A stretch of DNA of 64,000 nt. Source: Limnothrix sp. BL-A-16 (GTDB lineage Bacteria; Cyanobacteriota; Cyanobacteriia; CACIAM-69d). Every line of letters begins with the position of its first letter. The first letter of the stretch is position 1. The translations under genes were made by a program, and so were the position numbers. The stretch lies in assembly GCA_041937175.2 (NCBI GenBank), contig CP166615.1:224001-288000 (forward strand). Reading direction: 5' to 3'. Shown here one piece after another: positions 50,244-61,351 of this stretch. The notes beneath the pieces are model-generated. The model saw only the letters and a list, made by a program, of their open reading frames with translations. It was not told the DNA's origin and made no database searches.

Positions 50244-50798
50244 CTAGCGTTTGGTACTACCGGGCACATCGGCCTCGAAGGCCGGGGCCGAAGATTGCAA
50301 CAGGGCGCTAACTTGCGAGAGCACATCGCCGCTGGGCTTGCCAAGGGGTTGCCGCTCCGGGAAGAATTCCGGCTTGGACTGGCTGTGAACAATCGCTTCG
50401 TTGACTTGGCTGGCAATCAGGTCTTGGAGCTGTTCCTTGGCCCGTTGGCGTTGGTAGTTGGCTCCCTCCTCGGTGGTGGCATAGAGGGGCGGCAAGCGGT
50501 TGAGGGCATAGGCAGCAATATCGCCCACATCCAAAGCCCGATCGCTGGTGGTTTCAATTTCCGCGACTCGGGTAATGGCCTCCGTGAGCACCAACTCTTC
50601 CATGACGTTGATAAATTGCTTGCGCGGCAGCACAACCACTTCACCAGTCAGCAATGCACCCATCAATCGATCGAGAGCCATATACTCCTCGATCGATAAC
50701 TCGGAAGCTGTATCGCAAATCCGCCCCACTTCCGCTTCCATGGCCGGAGTCAAATAGCCATCGCGTAACGCTTGTTCAACAATTTTTTCGATGCTCAT
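50244..50798 (-). CDS. ComFB family protein (CdgR-like cyclic dinucleotide receptor candidate)
   Basis: NVMEELV...DIAAYALNRLPPLYAT ComFB motif with N-terminal MSIEKIVEQAL domain. Confidence 0.8.
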   Translation of the reverse strand: MSIEKIVEQALRDGYLTPAMEAEVGRICDTASELSIEEYMALDRLMGALLTGEVVVLPRKQFINVMEELVLTEAITRVAEIETTSDRALDVGDIAAYALNRLPPLYATTEEGANYQRQRAKEQLQDLIASQVNEAIVHSQSKPEFFPERQPLGKPSGDVLSQVSALLQSSAPAFEADVPGSTKR

Positions 50799-51315
50799 AA
50801 CTCTGCGTGATACCAGGATTCGAGGTCAGTCGGGGTCAGATTGACGGGACTTATAAACAGGGTAAAGTATGCGCGGAAAGCCAGCGGCCTAATCCCTCCC
50901 TCAAGACGTAATGATGATTTGGAGGTGCGGTGTGATGTTTTGCCGTAGCCACTCACGCCGGTCTAGAAACGATTTGATCTAGAAATCTAATCTAGAGGCA
51001 AATGTTGTCCGTCACCATTTTTTTAATCACCTTTTTTAATCACCATTTTGGGGTGGCCATTCTTTCACAATTTTCCGCTGCTCATTTGACGTTTGCCAAC
51101 TTAACCCTACGGCCGATGGCTACCTCGCTCCCATTTAACCTTGCTGGTTTCCCCCTCAATCTCAGGGAACGGCAGGACGGCGATCGCCCGCTAAGTAATT
51201 GTCACTCGCTCCTCAAGGCATCAAACCCAGTCATGGCAGTGGTTTTGGAGCAAGTTCCCCGATCGCCACGGGCCACCACCGGAACCGAACCAAACTGAGT
51301 TCGGTTGCTGGCTGC

Positions 51316-51343
51316 TTAACAGTAAGTTACATTTGGTTAAGAC
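51316..51343 (+). promoter_or_regulatory. HLR1-like (RpaB) direct repeats upstream of ftsH2
   Basis: TTAACAGT-aa-GTTACATT-tg-GTTAAGAC; only the middle octamer matches the consensus perfectly. Confidence 0.45.
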
Positions 51344-51406
51344 TCGGGATCGCCCGAGCCGCATAACAGGCACATAACAGGCATTGATTGAGGGGCAACT
51401 CATCAG

Positions 51407-53299
51407 ATGAAGTTCTCTTGGAGAGTCGCGCTGCTGTGGACGTTGCCCGTCCTGATCGTAGGGTTTTTCCTATGGCAGGGCGCAGTTTCGGGCCCCACAG
51501 CAGACATGGGTAAAAACGCGGCGAATACCCGGATGACCTACGGCCGCTTTTTAGAATATTTGGACGCGGGCCGGATTGTTGAAGTTGACCTGTATGAGGG
51601 CGGCCGCACGGCGATTGTCGAGGCTGTCGATCCTGAGCTGGATGGTCGTCTTCAGCGTTTGCGGGTTGACTTGCCCGTGGCCGCGCCAGACTTGATTGCC
51701 AAGCTGCGCGAAGCCGGGGTGAACCTGGATTCGCACCCGATGCGCAACGATGGGGCCCTGTGGGGTCTCTTAGGGAATTTGGTGTTCCCGATTTTGTTGC
51801 TGTCGGGGTTGTTTTTCCTGTTCCGGCGATCGAACAACGTTCCCGGTGGCCCTGGCCAAGCCATGCAATTTGGCAAGTCGCGGGCCCGGTTCCAGATGGA
51901 AGCCAAAACCGGCGTGATGTTTGATGACGTGGCCGGCGTGGACGAGGCCAAGGAAGAACTGCAAGAGGTTGTGACCTTCCTGAAGAAACCGGAACGCTTT
52001 ACGGCGGTGGGCGCACGAATTCCGAAAGGCGTGCTGTTGGTGGGCCCTCCGGGAACCGGTAAAACCCTGCTGGCCAAGGCGATCGCTGGAGAAGCTGGTG
52101 TGCCGTTCTTCAGCATCTCCGGTTCGGAATTTGTGGAAATGTTCGTTGGTGTGGGTGCTTCCCGCGTGCGCGACCTGTTCAAAAAAGCCAAGGAAAACGC
52201 TCCCTGCATCATTTTCATTGATGAAATTGATGCGGTGGGTCGCCAACGGGGCGCAGGCATCGGCGGCGGTAACGATGAGCGTGAACAAACCCTGAACCAA
52301 ATGCTGACCGAAATGGACGGCTTTGAGGGCAACACGGGGATCATCGTGATCGCAGCGACCAACCGCCCGGATGTGTTGGATTCGGCCCTGCTGCGACCGG
52401 GCCGGTTCGATCGCCAGGTGACGGTGGATGCGCCGGATGTGAAGGGCCGGGTGGAAATCCTGAACGTTCATGCCCGCAACAAAAAGCTGGCGGATGAAAT
52501 TTCCCTGGAAGTGATCGCCCGTCGGACTCCTGGCTTTACGGGGGCTGACCTGTCAAACCTGCTGAACGAAGCAGCGATCTTGACGGCGCGTCGCCGCAAG
52601 GACGCAATCACGATGCAGGAAATCGATGATGCGGTCGATCGGGTGATTGCTGGGATGGAAGGCACGCCCCTGGTGGATAGTAAGAGCAAGCGCCTGATCG
52701 CTTACCACGAAATTGGCCATGCGATCGTCGGGACTCTGCTCAAGAACCATGACCCTGTTCAGAAGGTGACCTTGATCCCCCGTGGTCAAGCGCGCGGTCT
52801 GACCTGGTTCACCCCCAGCGAAGATCAGATGCTGATTTCGCGATCGCAAATCATGGCTCGGATCTCCGGTGCTTTGGGCGGTCGTGCGGCGGAAGACGTG
52901 ATCTTCGGTGACGCGGAAGTGACGACCGGGGCCGGCGGCGACCTGCAACAGGTGGCCAACATGGCTCGCCAAATGGTGACGCGCTTTGGGATGTCGGACA
53001 TTGGCCCGATTTCCCTGGAGACCCAATCGTCTGAGGTGTTCTTGGGGCGTGATTGGCTGACCCGATCGGACTATTCCGAAGAGATCGCAGCCCGGGTGGA
53101 TGCCCAAGTGCGTTCCATCGTGGATCACTGTTATCTGGAAGCCAAGCGGATTGTGCGCGAAAACCGGACGGCGATCGATCGCCTGGTGGATCTGCTGGTG
53201 GAAAAGGAAACGATCGATGGTGATGAGTTCCGCCAAATTCTGGCTGAATACACCACGATTCCGGACAAGGAACAGGCCTCAACCCAGTTGGTGTTTTAG
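51407..53299 (+). CDS. ftsH2: ATP-dependent zinc metalloprotease FtsH2
   Basis: [25 protein letters not shown] zinc motif, GQARGLTWF. Confidence 0.93.
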   Translation: MKFSWRVALLWTLPVLIVGFFLWQGAVSGPTADMGKNAANTRMTYGRFLEYLDAGRIVEVDLYEGGRTAIVEAVDPELDGRLQRLRVDLPVAAPDLIAKLREAGVNLDSHPMRNDGALWGLLGNLVFPILLLSGLFFLFRRSNNVPGGPGQAMQFGKSRARFQMEAKTGVMFDDVAGVDEAKEELQEVVTFLKKPERFTAVGARIPKGVLLVGPPGTGKTLLAKAIAGEAGVPFFSISGSEFVEMFVGVGASRVRDLFKKAKENAPCIIFIDEIDAVGRQRGAGIGGGNDEREQTLNQMLTEMDGFEGNTGIIVIAATNRPDVLDSALLRPGRFDRQVTVDAPDVKGRVEILNVHARNKKLADEISLEVIARRTPGFTGADLSNLLNEAAILTARRRKDAITMQEIDDAVDRVIAGMEGTPLVDSKSKRLIAYHEIGHAIVGTLLKNHDPVQKVTLIPRGQARGLTWFTPSEDQMLISRSQIMARISGALGGRAAEDVIFGDAEVTTGAGGDLQQVANMARQMVTRFGMSDIGPISLETQSSEVFLGRDWLTRSDYSEEIAARVDAQVRSIVDHCYLEAKRIVRENRTAIDRLVDLLVEKETIDGDEFRQILAEYTTIPDKEQASTQLVF

Positions 53300-53343
53300 G
53301 CTGAGCCAACCTTGAGGACGTAAGCCACAATCTCAATGAAATG

Positions 53344-53387
53344 ACCGGGAGCGATTGACCTATGGGGCGATCGCTCTCGGTTTTTTT
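53344..53387 (+). terminator. Rho-independent terminator of ftsH2
   Basis: ACCGGGAGCGATTG / CGATCGCTCTCGGT stem followed by a T run. Confidence 0.75.
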
Positions 53388-53883
53388 GCAGGATCACCTG
53401 CCCGATCGCCCCGAGCAACACCTTGGCGTGATTGGCCAACAGGAGTGATCGACTGGGTTTTTCGAGCAGTCGGGATCAGCCGTTCAGGATCCAAATCCAG
53501 CATTGGCAATTGGTCGATCCTGTGCCACAACAATTCTTAATGGATTTTTGATGAGGATTTTGCCAGTCGATCCGGGTTCGGAATTCCAAGGAGCGGATCG
53601 CCGATCATCAGGATTCGTGCTTTAATGAGCGCCTAAGGTTGCCCATCCCGTATCTAATCAAACGGGTCATGGTTTTAGCCCCTCAGCGCGGTTTCCTAAC
53701 ATCGTTATCGCCCCTGCTGCAACACCGTTAACACCCATCCATTCACGCGATACCCAGGGTCTACCTCCGGGGAGTCAGGGAATGATGGAAAAAGTTAAAT
53801 CAGGAATGCGGCACAGACAGATAGAAGCGATGCTTGGACAGATGGTGTGTGTGTGGTGTGACGAGTGAGTTACTGGTTTTGTC

Positions 53884-54999
53884 GTGGATGCTAAATTTCC
53901 AGTTCAAAAATCCTTTGCACTAACCGGCACGCAGCTATTTTTGCTGCTGACGGGTTGCCTGAGCGCTGCCGCAGTGACAATCGACGGCCTGTCTGGGCGA
54001 TCGCCCTATGGCCTCGAATCGCTCACCTTGCCGCTGGTGACAGCCGCCGCTGTGACCGCCGCGATCGGGTCTTGGGTAGTGCCCCTGTTGCGCCGTCTCA
54101 AAACCGGCCAGGTGATTCGAGAAGATGGCCCCCAATCCCACTTTGTGAAAGCGGGAACCCCCACCATGGGCGGCATCTTCTTTGTGCCCACGGCCGTGAT
54201 TCTGACCCTACTTCTAGGAATAGGTTGTGGTTGGTCTGGTTCCCAGTGGGCCGACGCACTGGCGGTGGGAGCCTTGACCCTGGCCTATGGTTTCATTGGT
54301 TGGATTGACGATTGGCAGGTCTTGCGCCGCAAATCGAATAAAGGCATTACCCCGCGCCAAAAGCTGGCGCTGCAAGTGCTGTTTGGTGGGTTGTTTTGCC
54401 TCTGGTTGGGGCTGACAAAATCCTGGGATTTAACCACTGTGGCCTTGCCCTTGGGGTTTGCGCTGCCCTTGGGAATTTTGTTTTTCCCGATCGGCTGGTT
54501 CACCCTGGTGGCGGAAAGCAACGCTACGAACCTCACCGACGGCTTGGATGGACTGGCGGGCGGCACCGGGGCGATCGCTCTCTTGAGCTTGGGCGCGATT
54601 GTTTACCCCACTTCTCCGGCGCTGGGTCTTTTCTGCGCTTGCCTGTCTGGAGCCTGCCTGGGTTTTTTGGCCTATAACCGCAATCCAGCTCGCGTGTTTA
54701 TGGGCGATACGGGATCTTTGGCCCTTGGCGGTGCGTTGGCTGCCGTGGCCCTGTTGACCCACTCGCTTTGGAGTTTGGCCATTGTTGGCGGGGTGTTCTT
54801 GGCGGAAACCCTCTCGGTGGTGTTGCAGGTGAGCTATTACAAAGCCACCAAAGGCCCGGACGGCAAGGGCAAGCGGCTCTTCAAGATGGCTCCGCTGCAC
54901 CACCATTTTGAACTTTCCGGCTGGTCAGAATTGCAGGTAGTTTCCACGTTTTATCTGGTGGCGGCTGCCCTCGGCACGCTGGGACTTTGGTGGCGATAA
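53884..54999 (+). CDS. mraY: Phospho-N-acetylmuramoyl-pentapeptide transferase
   Basis: KAGTPTMGG, NATNLTDGLDGL, VFMGDTGS, MAPLHHHFE. Confidence 0.96.
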   Translation: MDAKFPVQKSFALTGTQLFLLLTGCLSAAAVTIDGLSGRSPYGLESLTLPLVTAAAVTAAIGSWVVPLLRRLKTGQVIREDGPQSHFVKAGTPTMGGIFFVPTAVILTLLLGIGCGWSGSQWADALAVGALTLAYGFIGWIDDWQVLRRKSNKGITPRQKLALQVLFGGLFCLWLGLTKSWDLTTVALPLGFALPLGILFFPIGWFTLVAESNATNLTDGLDGLAGGTGAIALLSLGAIVYPTSPALGLFCACLSGACLGFLAYNRNPARVFMGDTGSLALGGALAAVALLTHSLWSLAIVGGVFLAETLSVVLQVSYYKATKGPDGKGKRLFKMAPLHHHFELSGWSELQVVSTFYLVAAALGTLGLWWR

Positions 55000-55091
55000 C
55001 GATTATTGGTTGCGGCTGATTCAGTCCCTGGTAATTCCCCGCCATCTAAGACCTAAACCCTCAGAAACGCCTGAAATAACGCCTGAAATTG

Positions 55092-55114
55092 CGGGGCCTA
55101 TGGCCCCGTTTTTT
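55092..55114 (+). terminator. Terminator after mraY
   Basis: CGGGGCC-tat-GGCCCCG then TTTTTT. Confidence 0.7.
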
Positions 55115-55298
55115 CTTGGGCAATCATCCCGTGGAATGGCAAACTCAACAGTATCCTGAAGGGGGCAAGCTGCCGGGGCTGTGGTGATCGCCTGACCGAT
55201 GGGGCCGATGGATTGATGAGCCAGCGGAGTGAGTCAGAGGATCAAACCAACTGAGTAAGCCGCATGATTTTTGGATGTTCCTTGGCGTTCTAGCAAGC

Positions 55299-56324
55299 AT
55301 GGACGATTCTGATCTGGATTCGAGGAAACCGGTGAGTGCAACGGAGCGATCGACCGTTGCCATGGAGCCGGAGTCTTGGCCCATGGTGTCCGTGATTGTG
55401 CCGATCTATAACGGTGAGGCGGACTTGCCTCCCTTGGTCGATTGCCTGTTGGCTCAGGACTATCCCCCCAACCAGGTGGAATTCATCCTGGTGGACAATC
55501 GCAGCGGCGATCGCTCCTGGGACTGGTTGCAGCGGGCCCAGCACATGGCTAGCGATCGGGGATGGGCACTGCACCCCCTCCAGGAATTGACGATTCAGTC
55601 GTCCTATGCGGCGCGGAACCGGGGGATTCGAGCAGCGCGGGGGGAAATTTTGGTGTTTACGGATGCGGACTGTCGCCCTCGACCGCAATGGCTGCGATCG
55701 CTGATTGGAGATTTTGCCGATCCCGCGATCGGGATGGTGGCTGGCGAAATCACGGCCCTGCCGGGTCATACCCTGCTAGAACGCTATGCCGATCGCCAAG
55801 AAACCCTCTCGCAAAAACACACGATCGACCATCCCTTCTTGCCCTATGGCCAAACGGCGAACCTGGCGGTGCGGCGAGCAGTTTTCCAGGCGATCGGACT
55901 GTTTCGTCCTTACCTGACCACCGGAGGCGATGCGGATTTGTGTTGGCGGATGCAACAGGCCACGGAGTGGGCGATCGCCTTTGCGCCGGGGGCCATTGTG
56001 GAACATCGCCATCGGGCCACCTGGCAGGAATTTGCCAGTCAATGGCGACGCTATGGCCGCTCTAATCGCTACCTACACCAGTTGCATGGTGTGCCCCTGA
56101 TGCGTCGTCGATCGGCTCGCCAGGAATTGCGTCGTTGGGTGCGCTGGAGCCTGCGGGAGTTGCCCATTGCCATTGGGCGCTGGCTGTTTAAAAAAAGCTC
56201 CCTGCTCGATGTCCTGTCAACGCCGATTGAACTGTTAGGCAGTCGCGAGCGTTGGCGTGGGCAAGCTCAGGCCCAATTGCCCGATCGGGCGGACTGGATT
56301 GAGCCATTTGAGGCGTTGAAATGA
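55299..56324 (+). CDS. Glycosyltransferase family 2
   Basis: VSVIVPIYN, ILVDNRS, ARNRG, FTDADC; start uncertain. Confidence 0.88.
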   Translation: MDDSDLDSRKPVSATERSTVAMEPESWPMVSVIVPIYNGEADLPPLVDCLLAQDYPPNQVEFILVDNRSGDRSWDWLQRAQHMASDRGWALHPLQELTIQSSYAARNRGIRAARGEILVFTDADCRPRPQWLRSLIGDFADPAIGMVAGEITALPGHTLLERYADRQETLSQKHTIDHPFLPYGQTANLAVRRAVFQAIGLFRPYLTTGGDADLCWRMQQATEWAIAFAPGAIVEHRHRATWQEFASQWRRYGRSNRYLHQLHGVPLMRRRSARQELRRWVRWSLRELPIAIGRWLFKKSSLLDVLSTPIELLGSRERWRGQAQAQLPDRADWIEPFEALK

Positions 56325-56414
56325 GCTGTTGTTTAACCTTTTGGGTTGGCTTCTGAGACAACCCATCTCATTAGCTCCGAGGATTTCTGGGGAGTGCCTT
56401 GAATAATTACTAAG

Positions 56415-56498
56415 CACCGAATCGCCACGGGGCAAGGGGCCTAAGCCCCTTGTCTTCACCGAATCGCCACGGGGCAAGGGGCTTAAGCCCCTTGTCTT
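56415..56498. repeat. Tandem 2 x 42-bp unit containing the CAAGGGGCTTAAGCCCCTTG palindrome
   Basis: Units 56415-56456 and 56457-56498 differ at one base. Confidence 0.9.
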
Positions 56499-56503
56499 CA
56501 TTA

Positions 56504-57404
56504 GACCTCTTGCACGAATAAAGCAGTAGTGTAGAAAGTCGTCGTCACCCTGATCGGGAGATGCTCTACAAAAGCCTCGCCTCGCTGCCCCCATCACAGT
56601 TTCGCCGTGCCTGTGGCTTCAGTCGCTCCACCTTCCAAGCCATGCTGGAAGTCCTCCGCCCCGCCCTAGACCGGAGTGGCAAACGCGGGGGCCAAAATAG
56701 TCTGAGTGTTGAGAATCAGCTTCTGCTAACCCTGCAATACTGGCGCGAGTATCGCACCCAATTCCACATCGGTCTCGATTTCGGGGTCTCAGAAGCCACC
56801 GTCTGTCGGATCATCAACCGTGTTGAGACCGTCTTGGTCAAAAGTGGTCGGTTTGCCTTGCCCGGCAAACGCCGTCTCTTAGACCCCGAAACCGACGAGT
56901 CAGTGGTGGTGATTGATGTGACCGAAGTCGCCATTGAACGCCCAAAAAAAACAGCGAGCTTACTACAGCGGTAAGCAAAAGCGGCATACGTTGAAAGGGC
57001 AATTGGTGATTGATTGGCGCTCCGGTCAATTCCTAGCGGTGGCAATCGGTCGAGGTCGCACCCATGACCTGCGACTTTGGCGTGAGAGCGCGTTTCGCCT
57101 AGCCCCAGACCGGCTGTGTCTAGCGGATAGTGGGTATCAAGGGCTAGCTCGTCACCATGAAGCCACGATCCTTCCGAAACGGAAACCACCTCGAAAGTGC
57201 CTGCCTGACGAGGAAAAAGCTTGCAATCAGGCGTTAGCGGCGGTGCGCATTCGGATTGAGCATGCCATTCGTCGCTTGAAGCGATTTCGGATCTTCTCAG
57301 AACGCTATCGCAATCGTCGTCGCCGTTTTGGCTTGAGGCTCCATCTGTTAGCTGGGTTGCTCAACTACCAAGCGGCACATCCAATTTGATTCGTGCAAGA
57401 GGTC
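56504..57404 (+). mobile_element. IS5-family (ISL2-like) insertion sequence, 901 bp
   Basis: Perfect 16-bp TIRs GACCTCTTGCACGAAT / ATTCGTGCAAGAGGTC, flanking TA, split HTH + DDE transposase. Confidence 0.9.
56561..57389 (+). CDS. DDE transposase in two overlapping ORFs (56561..56974, 56934..57389) joined at an A8 run
   Basis: LLLTLQYWREY, IDVTE, YSGKQKRHTLK, ADSGYQG, RIRIEH motifs. Confidence 0.85.
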
Positions 57405-57486
57405 TATTGGTTCATGAGATTCAGGTTAATGCAGTTCAAAAGACAGCAGTGATCGCCTTTTAAATATCCTCTTAGGCTCGATCGAG

Positions 57487-59241
57487 TTAGATTCGATCGA
57501 GCACTGCAATCCCCAACAAATTCAATCCCAGTTTCAGGGTGCGTGCCGTGGCATCACAGAGCACTAAGCGGGAAGTGCGATCGGGTTCTGTGGCATTCAA
57601 AACCGGGCAGCGATCATAGAATTTGTTGAACTTTTTGCTCAATTCAAAAAGATATTCACAGAGACGATTGGGCATGAGTTCCGCCGCGATCGCCTCTAGA
57701 ACTTCATCCAGTCGCAAAATATGTTTCAGCAATGCCCATTCACTCTCATCACTGAGGGTTAATTCGGCACTGTCCAAGTTTTGAAAATCGATTTCACCCT
57801 TGCGACTAATGCTTTGGATCCGGGCATAGGCATAGAGCATATAGGGTGCTGTGTTGCCCTGCAGCGCCAACATTTTGTCGTAGCTAAAGGCATAGCTACT
57901 GGTGCGGTTTTGGGACAAGTCCGCGTACTTCACCGCGCTGAGACCCACAATTTGGGCCACTTGCTCAATGAACTCGGGGGATTCACTGCGATCTTCCGAC
58001 TGCAACCGCTGCGCCAAATCGGCCCGCGATCGCTCGATCGCCTCCGTCAACAAATCCTTCAGCTTGGGTGTATCCCCCGATCGGGTCTTCAGCTTTTTGC
58101 CGTCCTCGCCCAACACCAAACCAAAGGGCACATGCACCAGCTCGACTCCCGCCGGAACCCAGCCCGCCCGCTCGGCCACCTGGAACACCTGGGCAAAATG
58201 GCTTGCTTGCCCCGAATCGGTGACGTAAATAACGCGATCGGCCTGGTCTTGGGTGGTGCGATAACGAATGGCGGCCAAATCCGTTGTGGCGTAGTTGTAT
58301 CCCCCGTCAGACTTTTGAACAATTAGGGGCAGCGGGTTTCCGTCCTTATTCACAAAACCGTCCAAGAACACGCAGCGGGCCCCCGCATCTTCCACCAGCA
58401 GGCCCGCCGCTTCCAAGGCGCTCACCACCTCCGACAACAGGGGGTTATAGAACGATTCCCCCCGTTCCGTGAGTTGAATATCAAGCAGATCGTAGATTTT
58501 TTGGAACTCTCGCCGGGATTGATCGCACAGTAATTGCCAGGCGCGGCGACTGTCGGGATCGCCGCCCTGCAAGCGCACAACCTCTTGGCGCGATCGCTCT
58601 TTGAAATCCTCGTCTTCATCAAATCGCTTTTTCGCTTTTTGATAGAACGCCACCAGGTCTCCCAGGTCGATCGCGTTGGCATTGGTGAGGGCTTCCGGAG
58701 CCACTTCTCGCAGGTGGGTGATTAACATCCCAAACTGCGTGCCCCAATCGCCCACATGGTTCAGCCGCAACACATCGTGGCCCAAAAACTCCAAAACCCG
58801 GGCCAGCACATCGCCAATGATCGTGGAGCGCAGATGGCCCACATGCATTTCCTTAGCAATGTTGGGGCTGGAAAAGTCCACCAAAATGCGCTGCGGTTGC
58901 GCTACGGGGTCAATGCCCAGTCGATCGCTCCCTTGGCTCGATCGCAATTGCCCCAACAGGTAATCGGCCTTGAGGGTCAGATTAATGAAGCCCGGCCCCG
59001 CAATGGTGGGGGAGTCGCAGAAATCCTCGATCGCTAAGGCCGCCACGATCGCGCTGGCTACCTCGCGCGGCGGCTTGCCCCACTGTTTTGCTAAGGACAG
59101 GGCCACATTGGCTTGGTAATCCCCAAATTTGGGATTGCTGGCCGGAACCAGCATCGGATCCGTGCCAACCAACTCCGGGCCAAAGGCTTGGACCAGGGCG
59201 GTTTCCAGGGCTGAACGAAGGCGGGCGATCGCGTCTTTCAC
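57487..59241 (-). CDS. argS: Arginine--tRNA ligase
   Basis: [35 protein letters not shown]; likely GTG start at 59241. Confidence 0.96.
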   Translation of the reverse strand: MKDAIARLRSALETALVQAFGPELVGTDPMLVPASNPKFGDYQANVALSLAKQWGKPPREVASAIVAALAIEDFCDSPTIAGPGFINLTLKADYLLGQLRSSQGSDRLGIDPVAQPQRILVDFSSPNIAKEMHVGHLRSTIIGDVLARVLEFLGHDVLRLNHVGDWGTQFGMLITHLREVAPEALTNANAIDLGDLVAFYQKAKKRFDEDEDFKERSRQEVVRLQGGDPDSRRAWQLLCDQSRREFQKIYDLLDIQLTERGESFYNPLLSEVVSALEAAGLLVEDAGARCVFLDGFVNKDGNPLPLIVQKSDGGYNYATTDLAAIRYRTTQDQADRVIYVTDSGQASHFAQVFQVAERAGWVPAGVELVHVPFGLVLGEDGKKLKTRSGDTPKLKDLLTEAIERSRADLAQRLQSEDRSESPEFIEQVAQIVGLSAVKYADLSQNRTSSYAFSYDKMLALQGNTAPYMLYAYARIQSISRKGEIDFQNLDSAELTLSDESEWALLKHILRLDEVLEAIAAELMPNRLCEYLFELSKKFNKFYDRCPVLNATEPDRTSRLVLCDATARTLKLGLNLLGIAVLDRI

Positions 59242-59460
59242 CGGCAAAAAGGGGAACGGTTTCCAGAAAAAAAATCTCGCCCACAAGATAAGGCGCGGGG
59301 CGTTCGGCCGCGGCCAAACGTGGAGTTCCCCGCGCGCGAAGAGCAAAGGGCAATAGAAGATTTTACTGGAATTGGGGAGGGCCAGGCCGCCTTCTCGTCG
59401 GATTCTGTTGGCTAGGGGCCCTGGAGATGGGGTTAGTTCCTGTTGCTTAGGCGATGGGAT

Positions 59461-59991
59461 CTAGCGATTCCGGCAGCGCACCCGCTCCAGATCGCCTTCA
59501 ACGTTGCGAGGAATCCGCCGTAAATCGACACCGGAGCGATAGAGGGTTGCAGAATCCCAAAGCTTGGCCCCTTCAAGGTTGGCCCCTTCAAAGTTGGTAT
59601 TTTCGTCCACGATCGCCCCGCCCAAGTCCACATTGCGCAGATCTGCGCCACGCAGATCGGTTCCGCTGAGGTTGGCATCTACAAAATTGGCAAATCGCAG
59701 CTTGGTGTTGCGCAGGTTGGCGCTGGTCAAGTTGGCGCAGGTGAAGTAGCTGCCCTCGAAGTTGCTGTCGGCAAGATTGGCCAGTTGCAGTTGGGCCTGA
59801 CGCAGCCGCGCATTAACCCGACTGATGCCGCTGAGGTTGGCTTCCTGAAGATCGCAACCTTGGCAACTGCGGGCGCTACCGCTGATGAACTGCTGGGGAT
59901 CGGTGGTGTTTTGGGCCCAGGCCACGCTGGCCAAGCTGCCTGCCAGTAGGAAGGTGATCGCGGCAGTCCAAGTTTTGTGGGACGTTTTCAT
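59461..59991 (-). CDS. Exported pentapeptide repeat protein
   Basis: Signal peptide, CQGCDLQEANLS and A(N/D)L repeats. Confidence 0.88.
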   Translation of the reverse strand: MKTSHKTWTAAITFLLAGSLASVAWAQNTTDPQQFISGSARSCQGCDLQEANLSGISRVNARLRQAQLQLANLADSNFEGSYFTCANLTSANLRNTKLRFANFVDANLSGTDLRGADLRNVDLGGAIVDENTNFEGANLEGAKLWDSATLYRSGVDLRRIPRNVEGDLERVRCRNR

Positions 59992-60451
59992 GGGTTGACC
60001 TCTCGGCAAATCGGCAAGGATGGACAAGGTGCGCGCCTTAGGCAGACATCGGTGAAACGGCTGTAATGGCAGGGAACGATCGCGCTAGGATGCTTATCGG
60101 TGTCCCCCAGAGTTCCAACCCATGCGAGTTTTACGCTTGTTCCAATTGTTGTTGGCCCTGGCTGGCTCGATCGTGACCGGTCGTCAATGCGATCAAGGTC
60201 ATCAATGGGGTTTCGGTCAAGGGCAACACAGGGATCACCACAGGGAACCACAGGGGCGATCGGCGGCGACCGCGACGGGCAACCAGGTGAGTCGTTCTGG
60301 GTCAATACAACTCGATCGCCAGTTCGCCCGGATCGCTTGCGGGACAGTATTCAAACCGATATCTCAATTCGTAACCGTCCGTTGGCTCCAAGTCCAGGGG
60401 GGGCTTGAGTCAGGAAGGGCTGAATGCTTTCAATGGCAGTACTTACAGGCA

Positions 60452-61258
60452 ATGGGGCGAAGTTTGGCGATCGGGCTGATGGGATTGGTGATTTGTGCCA
60501 GTTGGGCAATTGTGCCAAGGCCAAGTTTGGCCGATGAGTTGCCCCTCGAAGCCCGCGTTCAGGCCGCGCGATCGCTCTTTGACCAAGCCTTTGAGGCCAC
60601 CAATGGCGGGCAATTTGCCCAGGCCGAGCGTTATTGGACACAAATTTTAGAACTTTTTCCCGACAATGCGGAAATTTGGAGCAATCGGGGCAATGCCCGC
60701 GCCAGCCAAAATCGGCTGCAGGAGGCGATCGCGGACTATAACGAAGCGATTAGCCGTGCTCCCAATGCGCCGGATCCCTACCTGAATCGGGGGGCGGCTC
60801 GGGAGAATGCGGGTGATCTGACGGGGGCGATCGCGGACTATGACCATGTGTTGGAACTGGATCCCAATGATGCGGCCGCCTACAACAACCGGGGCAATGC
60901 GGAGGCGGGCCTTGGTCAATGGGCGATCGCGGTTGAGGACTATGCCCAGGCGGAGCGCTTGGCTCCCGATTTTGCGATCGCCCGGGTGAACCATGCCCTG
61001 GCCCTGTTCCAGGTGGGCGATCGGGCGGAGGCCTTGCGCCTGTTGCGGAATTTGGTGCGGAAATATCCCACCTTTGCCGATGCGCGGGCGGCCCTGACGG
61101 CGGCCCTGTGGGATGCGGGCGATCGGGGTGAGGCCGAGAGCCAGTGGGTCTCGGTGGTGGGTCTCGATCGACGCTACAAGGATTTGGAGTGGGTGGCGAA
61201 GGTGCGCCGTTGGCCACCCGCTATGGTGGCCGCCCTAGAAAAATTCCTCAAACTTTAA
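60452..61258 (+). CDS. TPR protein with signal peptide
   Basis: WSNRGNA, YLNRGAA, YNNRGNA TPRs; RRWPP tail; the annotated 60122 start looks over-extended. Confidence 0.85.
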   Translation: MGRSLAIGLMGLVICASWAIVPRPSLADELPLEARVQAARSLFDQAFEATNGGQFAQAERYWTQILELFPDNAEIWSNRGNARASQNRLQEAIADYNEAISRAPNAPDPYLNRGAARENAGDLTGAIADYDHVLELDPNDAAAYNNRGNAEAGLGQWAIAVEDYAQAERLAPDFAIARVNHALALFQVGDRAEALRLLRNLVRKYPTFADARAALTAALWDAGDRGEAESQWVSVVGLDRRYKDLEWVAKVRRWPPAMVAALEKFLKL

Positions 61259-61351
61259 ACTCTATGGCCATCCAGCGGGCGAGAACTGGCATTGTTCATC
61301 CCTGCTGGATTGAGTTGAAATTGAGCGAGTTGAAATTGAGCGAACTGGCAG

